IMG/VR virus record: IMGVR_UViG_3300032313_000668
Coordinates: 32,001 to 96,000 of that record
Length of the DNA: 64,000 nt
Reading direction: 5' to 3' (one strand)
Origin: a virus
Of this stretch, positions 55,579-64,000 are shown in pieces. The translations under genes were made by a program, and so were the position numbers. Position 1 is the first letter of the stretch; each line of letters begins with the position of its first letter. The notes beneath the pieces are model-generated. The model saw only the letters and a list, made by a program, of their open reading frames with translations. It was not told the DNA's origin and did not search any database.

Positions 55579-55749
55579 ATGAATATCTATGCTCATCCCG
55601 TTGGGGCAGACCCGTTCCACCTACACGAAGTCCTTATTGCGCTCGCCGCTTTTGGAACAACGGGTATCGCTTTCCTGTGGTGGGGATTCAAAGACCAGCT
55701 CAAGCGGGCCGCTGCCTGGTTTAGGAAGTTGTTTCGTTCTCGCCGTTAG
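55579..55749 (+). CDS. small membrane protein
   Basis: MNIYAHPVG...TM...basic tail; TATGCT just upstream. Confidence 0.5.
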   Translation: MNIYAHPVGADPFHLHEVLIALAAFGTTGIAFLWWGFKDQLKRAAAWFRKLFRSRR

Positions 55750-55855
55750 CTGCAGCTGCGATGTCAATGTCCGTTGAGCATTTAGGGCATCGGTCATGCA
55801 GGCCGAGTTCATAAACCTCGCCGCACCAGAAACAATCCTTTAATACTTTTCCCAT
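55721..55855 (-). CDS. small zinc-ribbon protein (not in track)
   Basis: CFWCGE...CPKC. Confidence 0.5.
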   Translation of the reverse strand: MGKVLKDCFWCGEVYELGLHDRCPKCSTDIDIAAAANGENETTS

Positions 55856-55976
55856 TAACTTGGTAACTCATCCATTCTGTCTACCCAGTCCGTTGGGTCT
55901 TCCTCTTGGTCACACTTGCCGTTTGATTTTGGCACTTGACAAACCGTTAATTACTAGTTAGCATTGGAAATGCTTA

Positions 55977-56162
55977 CTAGTTATTAACTTGCTCCGTTGC
56001 CTCTAGTTGAAACCTCTTCAGGCCGTTAAGGAGATTAGCCGCCTCATTTGCCCTCGCCGTTACGCGGATGTGTTCATCGCGAGTTCGGCACTCAATAATG
56101 TCTGATTGAAGGCGGGCCGCAAGCTGCGCCGCCTCTTCGATAAGTTGTTCTACCGTCATCAC
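55977..56162 (-). CDS. helical-hairpin hypothetical protein
   Basis: Coupled to the upstream gene. Confidence 0.6.
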   Translation of the reverse strand: MMTVEQLIEEAAQLAARLQSDIIECRTRDEHIRVTARANEAANLLNGLKRFQLEATEQVNN

Positions 56163-57157
56163 AGCTCGTCGAGCTCCTCTGCTGTTATGGTCTCTGACTC
56201 GACGGTTGTCTCATCCGTATTTTTTACCTCGGCGCTCGCCGTGGTTTCCTGAGGTAAAATTTCTATATCTTCGACTTCAGCATCGATAACATCAGCATCA
56301 TTAACATCTACCGTTCCTCCCAGGAGGATGGCGGTATTGGCGGCTCCTTGCCGTAGGCGGTTGAGGCGGTCAAGCACAATCTCTGCTGGGGAGCGACCGT
56401 CAGTCACCTGGACGTCCACCCCAATATCCACGCCGCCTCGCACGCCTGCGCGGTCAAGGATTTCGGCTGCGGCTTTAAGGCGCACGGGTTCGGAGACAGC
56501 CGTCTCCATAAGTTCTTCCATCACATCTACCGCATAAGGTGCGGATTGCATTAGCTTCTTGCGAGCACGTTCGACATCCTCGCCAGGCTTCCGTTGACTG
56601 CGGAGGTGGACGCGACACAAGCCGTCATCTTTCAGACGCCCGCTAGACCAGAGCATGCAGCGCAAGCCGTCGCCCTTAATGATTCGACAGCGGTGGGGCA
56701 GAGCGGCAGGCGCTCGCTTTGCTGATTTCGGGCCGCCGTCTGCCTGTTCCTTCTGCCAAGTCTTAGTAGCACCGACAACCCAGGGAGGTGTAATACGACA
56801 CGCCGATTCATCAACTATCAGGTCCAGGCCCGTTAAGTAGTCGGAGTTATTGTCAAGTGGGTTTGAGAGCAGCGGCTTCTTTTCCGCCAGGGAAAGGACA
56901 CGCCGTTCTTTCATTTGTTCTTGAGAGCGGGCAGCAATAAGCCCCGTTGGTTGACCCGTCTGTGAATAGACAGGGTCCCAGTTCATTAACGCGCCGCGAA
57001 GTATTTGACGGTTCTCGTAGGTGTCCTCGACAACGCCGCGTTCCATCTCAACCATGCCGATTGCCGTCAGGTCAGGACGGAAATCTAAGGGAGTATCAAC
57101 TGCGGGTTCAAGGTCTTCCTCTTCCTTCGGTTCCTCGAAGGGAAGTAGGTCAGACAT
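56159..57157 (-). CDS. probable terminase small subunit
   Basis: C...G.RC...G.C..H Zn knuckle, VRLKAAAEILDRAG helix and acidic VIDAEV tail. Confidence 0.65.
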   Translation of the reverse strand: MSDLLPFEEPKEEEDLEPAVDTPLDFRPDLTAIGMVEMERGVVEDTYENRQILRGALMNWDPVYSQTGQPTGLIAARSQEQMKERRVLSLAEKKPLLSNPLDNNSDYLTGLDLIVDESACRITPPWVVGATKTWQKEQADGGPKSAKRAPAALPHRCRIIKGDGLRCMLWSSGRLKDDGLCRVHLRSQRKPGEDVERARKKLMQSAPYAVDVMEELMETAVSEPVRLKAAAEILDRAGVRGGVDIGVDVQVTDGRSPAEIVLDRLNRLRQGAANTAILLGGTVDVNDADVIDAEVEDIEILPQETTASAEVKNTDETTVESETITAEELDEL

Positions 57158-57167
57158 TTTTTACTTC

Positions 57168-57362
57168 TTAAGCTTCACGTGCAGATGCGAGGTGGTCGTT
57201 CAATTCTTGCCGCTTTGTTTGGAGGACAGCGCTGATAGCTTCCTTCTCAACCTTTGTGCGGTATTCCTGGTTTGAGAGCATATCAACGTAGCTCTGAATC
57301 TCAGCGCGAAGTTCTAGTTCGCGGTCTGCGTGGGCTCTTGCCTCTTCGATGCTTAGTGCCAT
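57168..57362 (-). CDS. helical hypothetical protein
   Basis: RBS AGGAG. Confidence 0.6.
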   Translation of the reverse strand: MALSIEEARAHADRELELRAEIQSYVDMLSNQEYRTKVEKEAISAVLQTKRQELNDHLASAREA

Positions 57363-57433
57363 CTTTTTCTCCTATGTCGGTGAGGTAAAAAATATGGAGA
57401 GCGGGGCCCGCGAAGGCCCCACTTCCCAATAAC

Positions 57434-57739
57434 TTATTTCTTTGTTGTGGTCTTCTTGGCAGCTGGCTTCTTCGCGCTCGCGGCAGCTGTGGATAACTTC
57501 TTGCCAACCTCAGCGGCAGCTACCTCTGCGACACGCCCGAAAGCAGGGTCTTTAGAGTTGAGCCAACGAAGGGCGGTTGGGATTAGGGAGGCCCATAGGG
57601 CGTTGGCTACAAGGAGCCACTCGGCACCTGTGAAGTCAAGGGGTGAAGCTGTTGCTGACATCTCCATAACAATGAAGATGGCTCCGACTACCTGACCAAG
57701 CAGGTTGCGGAGGTAGGACTCAATTGCGAGTTTGTTCAT
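57434..57739 (-). CDS. holin-like membrane protein
   Basis: Two TM segments; LRWLN.KDPAFG; K/A-rich tail. Confidence 0.7.
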   Translation of the reverse strand: MNKLAIESYLRNLLGQVVGAIFIVMEMSATASPLDFTGAEWLLVANALWASLIPTALRWLNSKDPAFGRVAEVAAAEVGKKLSTAAASAKKPAAKKTTTKK

Positions 57740-57944
57740 TTGGTTTTCGTCCTTCTTTCGAGGGCTAGATAATTTTTACCTAGTACCACTAGAGTAAGGC
57801 ATCTTCGGACGAATTTTTTGGAAAAGTTGCGTGATATTTACCCCCTTTTATAAACAACCAATTTTGAAATGGTCAATTTCCCTGTGGAAATAAGGGGTTT
57901 TGGATTTCGGACGGGACATCAAATTGATGAACAAAAAAGTGTTT

Positions 57945-58166
57945 CTAGACTTCCGCTTTTCGCCATTCAAAGTAGCTTTTGATATAGACAAAGGCATAAG
58001 CGATTGCCATCACAATAAATCCATATTGCTGGGTGACGAGGGCATAAACGACCCAGATGACTTCATTAGCTAGTAAGACCAGCCATCCCCAAACGGTTTT
58101 CTTTCCGACAAAGTACATTCCAGATACGCCAAGGATAGCCAACAGCCAAGACCAATATTCAGTCAT
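57945..58166 (-). CDS. PnuC-like small membrane protein
   Basis: WSW.L...G...K..WGW...W..YA..T.QYGF. Confidence 0.65.
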   Translation of the reverse strand: MTEYWSWLLAILGVSGMYFVGKKTVWGWLVLLANEVIWVVYALVTQQYGFIVMAIAYAFVYIKSYFEWRKAEV

Positions 58167-58232
58167 GTTGACTCCTTTTTCAAATTGTGGGTAGTTCCCA
58201 AGGCTATCAGGAATCGTTATCAGATGTGATAA

Positions 58233-58487
58233 CTATTTGTCGTTGGCATCCATCTTAAACCAGTTGTGGTCCATCGCAGGATGGTCGACTTTGATGGTGT
58301 CTTCAAAGACATACTCAGTCAAGATGTCATGGACTCCCCAAAAGGTAGGGCTAGTTCCTTCACAGAATGTTTCACCCTTGACTACCAGTTCACCCTCCCA
58401 ATGTGAGAACTCACCGTCATAGTGAACCTGTCTGATATTGAACGATACATCTCCATCAAAATGAAGTTTAGGTAAGTTGTTGTCCAT
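58233..58487 (-). CDS. hypothetical protein
   Basis: Operon context. Confidence 0.55.
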   Translation of the reverse strand: MDNNLPKLHFDGDVSFNIRQVHYDGEFSHWEGELVVKGETFCEGTSPTFWGVHDILTEYVFEDTIKVDHPAMDHNWFKMDANDK

Positions 58488-58857
58488 TATTTTTCTCTAG
58501 CCTTTTTATATTGCAGTCTTCACAGAGGGTGACAATCCAGTAGGTGTCATTACGAATCTCTCCGTATTTCCCACAGCTTTCGCAAGTTGAAGCTGAGCAA
58601 CTTTCTGCCCATTGTTCGATTGCTTCCATGATGTCGTACTCGATAGTTTCGTACTTTTTAGTTGTTGCGAAGTAGTAGCGCAAGGTACCGAACTTTTCCT
58701 TGATTTGGTGGATTTCATAGTCAGGGTCAATAAAGGCAAACATCTCGTCAGCCTTCAGAATTATGTCTTTCCACCCATCAGGTGCGATACATCCATACCA
58801 GCCAGAAGTCTTTACTCGCTTGGCATTAAGTTCTTGTTGCCAGCTTTGCTCTTCCAT
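58468..58857 (-). CDS. conserved phage zinc-finger protein
   Basis: GW...QIKEKFGTLRYY...CESCG...LCEDC. Confidence 0.8.
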   Translation of the reverse strand: MEEQSWQQELNAKRVKTSGWYGCIAPDGWKDIILKADEMFAFIDPDYEIHQIKEKFGTLRYYFATTKKYETIEYDIMEAIEQWAESCSASTCESCGKYGEIRNDTYWIVTLCEDCNIKRLEKNNGQQLT

Positions 58858-59036
58858 CTCAGTCCTTCTTGTTTTCCCATTTGGTCAGGTGATAGCCACC
58901 ATGGACTTCACATTTGTACCAAGTCAGCTTGACACCCTGTTCTTGCTGGGTCGTCAAAATAACTGAAAGTAGAGTCCCATGGTTTTTATAAATCATCTTG
59001 TTCCCATGAGAGTTGCATCGATTGACTAACTCTCCC

Positions 59037-59360
59037 TTAAGGTTGTATGGCACTTCCCTGCTCCTGTTCGTCAGGTGTATCTGGCTTCTCCAAGATAGGA
59101 AGTTGTGAGTAGGCAGTCTTCTCTTGAACGACATCTACTGCTCGACGAAGACCTAGTGAGTATAGAGAGTTGTCTCCCGAGTCCATAACTAGTTCCCACT
59201 CTTTTATCATATCTTCTAAGGTATTCACTTTGGATACAATCCAGGAGTCAACAGAAGTCTCAATAACTTCGTGAACTTTTATCAGAGCTTCTGGTGTCAT
59301 CTCACCTCGTTGGGCAAGTTGTCTTAGTTGTTCGACGATGCTGTTTGTTAGCTGACTCAT
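59037..59360 (-). CDS. hypothetical protein
   Basis: TAATG coupling. Confidence 0.65.
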   Translation of the reverse strand: MSQLTNSIVEQLRQLAQRGEMTPEALIKVHEVIETSVDSWIVSKVNTLEDMIKEWELVMDSGDNSLYSLGLRRAVDVVQEKTAYSQLPILEKPDTPDEQEQGSAIQP

Positions 59361-59824
59361 TAGACTTCCTCCATACAGGTGTCACATAAAAGAGCATCTA
59401 GTCCAGTTGCTTCATACGCAACAGTCTTTGAGGCACCGTTGATTGGTACAGGCATAATCCGTCCCTCAGTTGTATTACAACGGTCACACTTAATCTGGTC
59501 CAACCATCTGGCTTCTTTGCCAACTTGAGCCAATGCGCTAATCCCACGGACTAGGGCATGTTCAACTCCAGGTCCAGATGTCTTACGTAAGAACAACCTA
59601 GTGTCCTCAACTTCAATTACTGGTCTGATGTTCTTGCATGGGCAGTACATACGAGATGGCTGGCAAGTGATAATCCCAGCAGGAGTTGTGTGTTTATTAA
59701 TAGCATGACCGCAGAGACAAACCCTTGGGTCACGGGGTTTACGGTCTTTTAGTTTTTCATCTGCTTCATGTGCTTCTTCAGTAGTAATACCTAAAGCTGC
59801 TAAAGCTTCTTTGGCACTCGTCAT
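59360..59824 (-). CDS. Cys-rich zinc-binding protein
   Basis: CLCGH...H...C...CPC and CDRC...CDTC. Confidence 0.7.
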   Translation of the reverse strand: MTSAKEALAALGITTEEAHEADEKLKDRKPRDPRVCLCGHAINKHTTPAGIITCQPSRMYCPCKNIRPVIEVEDTRLFLRKTSGPGVEHALVRGISALAQVGKEARWLDQIKCDRCNTTEGRIMPVPINGASKTVAYEATGLDALLCDTCMEEV

Positions 59825-60069
59825 TTTCTTCCCTCATCTTCCTCAAAGCGTTTTACCAAATCTCCGAACTTAATCTCAGTTGAGATTTTGTCCTCCATCT
59901 GGTTTAAGAATTCATCCACAAACTTTCGCTTGCGTTGTATATCAATCCATCTCAGAAGCGATACCGCTCCTAGTACAGACATGAAGTTCAGAACTGCTAA
60001 CAGTCCAAACTGAATCCAAGTCATTTGTAACTCCGTCTCTTTGTCTTTGAAGTTTCCTTCATAGAGCAT
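59821..60069 (-). CDS. small membrane protein (start may be 60024)
   Basis: One TM segment. Confidence 0.6.
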   Translation of the reverse strand: MLYEGNFKDKETELQMTWIQFGLLAVLNFMSVLGAVSLLRWIDIQRKRKFVDEFLNQMEDKISTEIKFGDLVKRFEEDEGRK

Positions 60070-60714
60070 CCTAGACCCGTTGTGTCAAACTTGTCAACTA
60101 AAAAATCAAACACTTAAACACCTACTTCCTAAAGGGCTGGTTCCCCTGCTTTACTATACACTATACACTATAACACTAGATTTTAAATATCTTAATTCTC
60201 AACCTTTCTTTCAGTACGTGTAAGGAAAAAAATTCCTGAGTGACTGGAAATTAAGTTAAGACTTAACATATTAAAGCATAGTTGTATAGTTGCACTAACT
60301 CCTTTTTTTCTTGAAAGACATTCAAAAAAGTATAGTATCTCAACCTTCCTGCAAAATCATCCAAAAAAGATACTAACAATTTTTTCCTACCTTTTATCCT
60401 ACAGCTTCTCTCTTTTTTGCAGGAAGGTCTCGTCCGATGACGGAACTAGAGTCGACCTATTTTAAAGTCTCAACCATACTCAACCTAACTCAAGGAAAGG
60501 GAGATACTAACTAAAAGTGCAGGAAGATAAATTCAAAACTTAAGTACAGGAGTCCAGAAGTTATTCGGAAGTCATTTATTTTTTTAGTTTTTCAGTTTTT
60601 AGTTTTTTAGTTTTTCAGTCTAGAAAGACCAATCCCCAAAAGTAAACCGAAGGGTGATAGCTCCAACGCACAGCCCAAACCACAGAAACCAGACCCACTT
60701 AGGAAAACTAACCA
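60070..60714. other. AT-rich non-coding region, candidate origin or genome-end element
   Basis: No ORF; CTATACA and TTTTT(C)AG tandem repeats; three TGCAGGAAG sites. Confidence 0.45.
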
Positions 60715-61374
60715 TTAGACCGTTAGTACCATTTCCTTCATATGCTCAACCCTCACCAAAGGATGTAGCCAAATAGAAAACCCTGCTTCTTTAGCCCCAA
60801 CGCACCAAGAGTAGTCCTCACCTAGGTCCACCTTGAAAGGAGCAGTCTCAATCGATATCTGCCTTACCCGAAACCAAGGGCGTTCTATCTTTTCAAAAAC
60901 CCCAGCCTTTACAGCTAAGAAGCCAAAACCAACCCCATCTACCTCAAAGGGCTCACCCTCTACAATGAAGTTTCGGCTATTAAGGGAGACAGGGTTTCCA
61001 GCCTCATTTAGCTTCATAGCCCCAAATCTGCCAGTTCTATCTACGGCAACCATTCCAGACACAATGTCTAAATCTGTATCAAGGAGAGTCTGCAAGGCTT
61101 CCACAGTCCAACTAACGTCAGAGTCAATCCAGACAATTCGGTCATAAGTAAACTTTCCTGCACCAAAGGCAACCGCTTCCCAATCTGCCCCATAGGAGTC
61201 CGTCGCAGTATTTTCCCTAGCACTCGGGACAAAAGAAGAGAACTGGTTGACAAAGTGGTACGAGACCCCAAGAGAGTTTAGATAAGTTGTACTTATCAAA
61301 AGGGACTTGACATACTCCTTATGCATGGAGTGTCCAGGGGTAGCAATCACTACGTTGTAATGAGGAACAGTCAT
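60715..61374 (-). CDS. glycosyltransferase (GT-A-like)
   Basis: IATP, WIDSD, GFGF, GEDYSWC and V.H.K. Confidence 0.82.
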   Translation of the reverse strand: MTVPHYNVVIATPGHSMHKEYVKSLLISTTYLNSLGVSYHFVNQFSSFVPSARENTATDSYGADWEAVAFGAGKFTYDRIVWIDSDVSWTVEALQTLLDTDLDIVSGMVAVDRTGRFGAMKLNEAGNPVSLNSRNFIVEGEPFEVDGVGFGFLAVKAGVFEKIERPWFRVRQISIETAPFKVDLGEDYSWCVGAKEAGFSIWLHPLVRVEHMKEMVLTV

Positions 61375-61420
61375 AACCTCACTCTACTGCAAAAACACCC
61401 AAATCTGCTATGGTGTCGAA

Positions 61421-62020
61421 ATGACATGGAACCCTGATTATTTAATCGAGTCAGCAATGCGTGCAGGTGTCAACTTTGAAGTTGAGTCGGATTGGCTCAA
61501 GGTTGACCCATACGGCAAAAAGTTTCAACCCGTAGGTGTTGTTTGGCACCACACAGGTTGTCCCACTTTTGCCAGAGGCAATATGCCTTCTCTTAACTAT
61601 TGCAAGAACCCTGGCATCTATGCAGGTCAAGCAAGAGCATGTCACCTTGTCGTAGGACGTAATGGAAAGATTCAAATCATTGCAGGCAGGGGTGCATACC
61701 ACGCAGGAACTGGTGGACCTATGACTGTAAACAAGAAGAGAATTCCAGAAGACTTAGGAAACTACTATTTAATCGGAATAGAGTTTGAAGCGCACTCATC
61801 TACCAAGATTAATAAGCGCAACATCTCAACACCTAAGACTGGCTTAAACCCCGCACAAATTACCGCCGCCTCCAAGTGGAGCGCAGAACTTTTTGACATG
61901 CTCGGTTGGCCTACTGAATCTGCTATCCGTCATTCAGACTGGGCACCAGGAAGAAAGACTGATGTGGGTATTTCTCTAGAAGTTATTCGTAGTCGTATTG
62001 ACAGCTTCAGAAAGTCATAG
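61421..62020 (+). CDS. N-acetylmuramoyl-L-alanine amidase (Amidase_2)
   Basis: VWHHT, AYHAG, IGIE and H..WAPGRK.D. Confidence 0.88.
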   Translation: MTWNPDYLIESAMRAGVNFEVESDWLKVDPYGKKFQPVGVVWHHTGCPTFARGNMPSLNYCKNPGIYAGQARACHLVVGRNGKIQIIAGRGAYHAGTGGPMTVNKKRIPEDLGNYYLIGIEFEAHSSTKINKRNISTPKTGLNPAQITAASKWSAELFDMLGWPTESAIRHSDWAPGRKTDVGISLEVIRSRIDSFRKS

Positions 62021-62080
62021 TTATCTAAAAGTTATACTCATTGCGCTCCGTAGTCCTTGCTTTTCTATAAGCTAGAGGCT

Positions 62081-62530
62081 ATGGAGCGTAATGTTTTAGT
62101 AGGAGGCTTAGCCCTCTTAACCCATGAAGCAGGGACATGCTTAGGGGAGTTCTGCACCATCCACAACCCTTCAGACCATCACATGGTTAAGTGGAAACAA
62201 GACTGGCTTGAGCAAGAAAAATACATGGTGCGTATATGCGCACATTCTCAGGCTCACCCAGACCCAGACGAGATTAGCGTCAATATCCCAGAGAATCACG
62301 GATGTGATGGTTGCTGTGACACAGCGTCTCAATTTGCGGACGATTTCAAAGAACTAACCAAACAATACGAAAAGCCAGATTACCTAACCCCCACCTCCAT
62401 TGGACCGTTCTATTCAGGTAGTTCCATCGAGGTTCCTGCTGAACCAGATGATTATTTCTTCGATGATATTCTTACTAAACTAGATGACCTTTCAATTAGA
62501 AAAACTGTTGTAAATGACATAAGGAGCTGA
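62081..62530 (+). CDS. Cys/His-rich hypothetical protein
   Basis: CTIHNPSDHHM...HPDPD...HGCDGCC. Confidence 0.7.
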   Translation: MERNVLVGGLALLTHEAGTCLGEFCTIHNPSDHHMVKWKQDWLEQEKYMVRICAHSQAHPDPDEISVNIPENHGCDGCCDTASQFADDFKELTKQYEKPDYLTPTSIGPFYSGSSIEVPAEPDDYFFDDILTKLDDLSIRKTVVNDIRS

Positions 62531-62531
62531 C

Positions 62532-63089
62532 ATGAGCGCAATAGACAGAATCAAAGAAACCATCACTGAAGCGTTGATGAACTCCCGCGGCTTTGATGAA
62601 CTTAGTAAAGAGCAAACCCCACTTGAGTGGAATCCAGAAGTAGAAGATTCTCAATACTCTCTATTAAAAGAAGACGTCGACTTCGTAGTTGATGAGTTTT
62701 TAGAAGAGATTCAAAAAGTAGATGAAGATGAAGATGAAGACGAAGATGAACATACACACGACCACGGACATGGACATGACCACACACATGAACATGAAAA
62801 CATCTTTGACGAGTATGGCCACATTAAACGTACTCAAACCAACACAACTTCGGCAGTAGTATTTATTTTTATGGATGCAGGTACAGGGAAACCACGTTAC
62901 GTCTCAGATGTAAAAGAGTGGCTTGCAAGAGTTGAACGTCTTGGTATTCCAGATAATACAGAGATTGAAGGAACTCTCCATTTATCTGTTGACATAAATG
63001 AACCCTACATAGAAAGAATTGAGTGTGGAGGGTGCGGAACAAAAGACGTTCTTCTCACCGTTCACTCCTGTGAGGAAACACCTTGTTAG
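62532..63089 (+). CDS. acidic/His-rich protein with C-terminal Zn motif
   Basis: DE-repeat followed by HTHDHGHGHDHTHEH; CGGC...HSC. Confidence 0.7.
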   Translation: MSAIDRIKETITEALMNSRGFDELSKEQTPLEWNPEVEDSQYSLLKEDVDFVVDEFLEEIQKVDEDEDEDEDEHTHDHGHGHDHTHEHENIFDEYGHIKRTQTNTTSAVVFIFMDAGTGKPRYVSDVKEWLARVERLGIPDNTEIEGTLHLSVDINEPYIERIECGGCGTKDVLLTVHSCEETPC

Positions 63090-63454
63090 GTCCGCTCTTC
63101 GGTTCCATCATGATGAGGGAGGCGTATCGCAATGGTGACCGCTTCCACATCTACCTATCAGGTCCCATGACGGGATTACCTGACTACAACCGTCCTGCAT
63201 TCGACAAAGTAGCAAAAGAACTTCGTGCTCAAGGTAAGTCTGTATTCAACCCAGCAGACATCGGACCAAAAGAGAACATCATGCCTAGAGCGTGGTACAT
63301 GCGTAAGGATTTAGAAGGATTGATGAAATCTGACTCTGTTTATGTCCTTCCAGGTTGGGATACGTCAGAGGGAGCGAAGCTAGAAGTTGCTATTGCTAAA
63401 GAGCTTGAGCTTCCAATAATATTCACCACCACCCTCAAGAAAAAGGATGTATAA
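63083..63454 (+). CDS. DUF4406 / nucleoside deoxyribosyltransferase-like protein
   Basis: IYLSGPMTG..N...F, NPA and LPGW..S.GA.LE. Confidence 0.85.
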   Translation: MLGPLFGSIMMREAYRNGDRFHIYLSGPMTGLPDYNRPAFDKVAKELRAQGKSVFNPADIGPKENIMPRAWYMRKDLEGLMKSDSVYVLPGWDTSEGAKLEVAIAKELELPIIFTTTLKKKDV

Positions 63455-63456
63455 CC

Positions 63457-63690
63457 ATGAGCGAATCGTCAGGACCAACTTGGAGCAGTTTGGAAACAAT
63501 TCGTAGTGAAGCGGAGTACAACACTCGTCTTAAACTTGCAGACAACATTCAAGTAGTAGTTGACCGTTCCATTGAGCGTGGACTCAATAATCACTTCATC
63601 TCTGGTTTAGAGTTAGCCAAAGGGATTGTGCTTGGTCTCACAGACACCCCTGCTGAAAGTCCAAGATTGGACACCGCTACTCTTTTCTAG
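63457..63690 (+). CDS. hypothetical protein
   Basis: Operon context. Confidence 0.6.
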   Translation: MSESSGPTWSSLETIRSEAEYNTRLKLADNIQVVVDRSIERGLNNHFISGLELAKGIVLGLTDTPAESPRLDTATLF

Positions 63691-63768
63691 AAGAATAGAC
63701 AAAGACGTAAACTAGTTCTCCCTAAGGGAACCAAATTCTTTACACAACAACAACTGTTTGGAGCAGAC

Positions 63769-64000
63769 GTGGCTATTGCATTCTCATTTCGTCTTTCAGA
63801 AGACTTCGTTTCAGGTTTCAAAAGCAAGACAGCACCATTCGGTTATCGAGATGCAGGTGGCAACTCTGTAGGAGAAATTACTTTTCTTCGTACCTATTCT
63901 CGTAAGAAAGAGGATGGAACTAAAGAAACTTGGGCAGAAGTTTGCGAGCGCGTAACTAACGGTACGTACTCCCTTCAGAAGGACTATGCGAAGCAACAGC
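63769..64000 (+). CDS. nrdJ: class II (B12-dependent) ribonucleotide reductase, 5' part
   Basis: GTG start not in the track; PFGY.DAGGNSVGEITFLRTYSR.KEDGTKETW.EVCERV.NG. Confidence 0.85.
   Translation, partial: MAIAFSFRLSEDFVSGFKSKTAPFGYRDAGGNSVGEITFLRTYSRKKEDGTKETWAEVCERVTNGTYSLQKDYAKQQ

Noticed and set aside
63811-63996. Minus-strand 61-aa ORF
   Set aside because: Antisense to the nrdJ 5' end
1-64000. tRNA genes, diversity-generating retroelement, integrase/transposase, stop-codon recoding
   Set aside because: No cloverleaf, reverse transcriptase, template/variable repeat pair or recombinase seen; genes are intact under the standard code

Overview
This window is part of a large tailed dsDNA phage genome (siphovirus-type), most likely infecting Actinobacteria. 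The basis is a separate capsid hexamer/pentamer-type gene pair, an actinophage-type protease fusion, a DUF1360-like gene, a ReqiPepy6 Gp37-like tail gene and SigA-type promoters. Bases 1-36.6 kb are a minus-strand virion operon: portal, a Cys-rich head protein, a 3120-aa multidomain protein with a DEDDh exonuclease and a C-terminal HipA/PI3K-like kinase, two small acidic genes, a protease polyprotein, capsids and tail genes with a frameshifted chaperone. Bases 37-55 kb are an early/accessory region of promoter-leader-gene-terminator cassettes encoding a phosphatase, a proteasome-beta-like protein, a MoxR-vWA pair, a lytic transglycosylase and many small proteins. Bases 55-64 kb hold a motif-dense non-coding block, a probable TerS, an AT-rich non-coding block, a glycosyltransferase, an amidase and the start of a class II RNR. 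The main leads are (1) a probable virion-delivered kinase/exonuclease effector with adjacent candidate immunity genes, (2) a layered promoter code with helically phased GACAC boxes, and (3) strand-oriented short motifs written through coding and non-coding DNA beside TerS. All protein calls come from motif recognition by eye and all motif counts are manual; no database searches were run.
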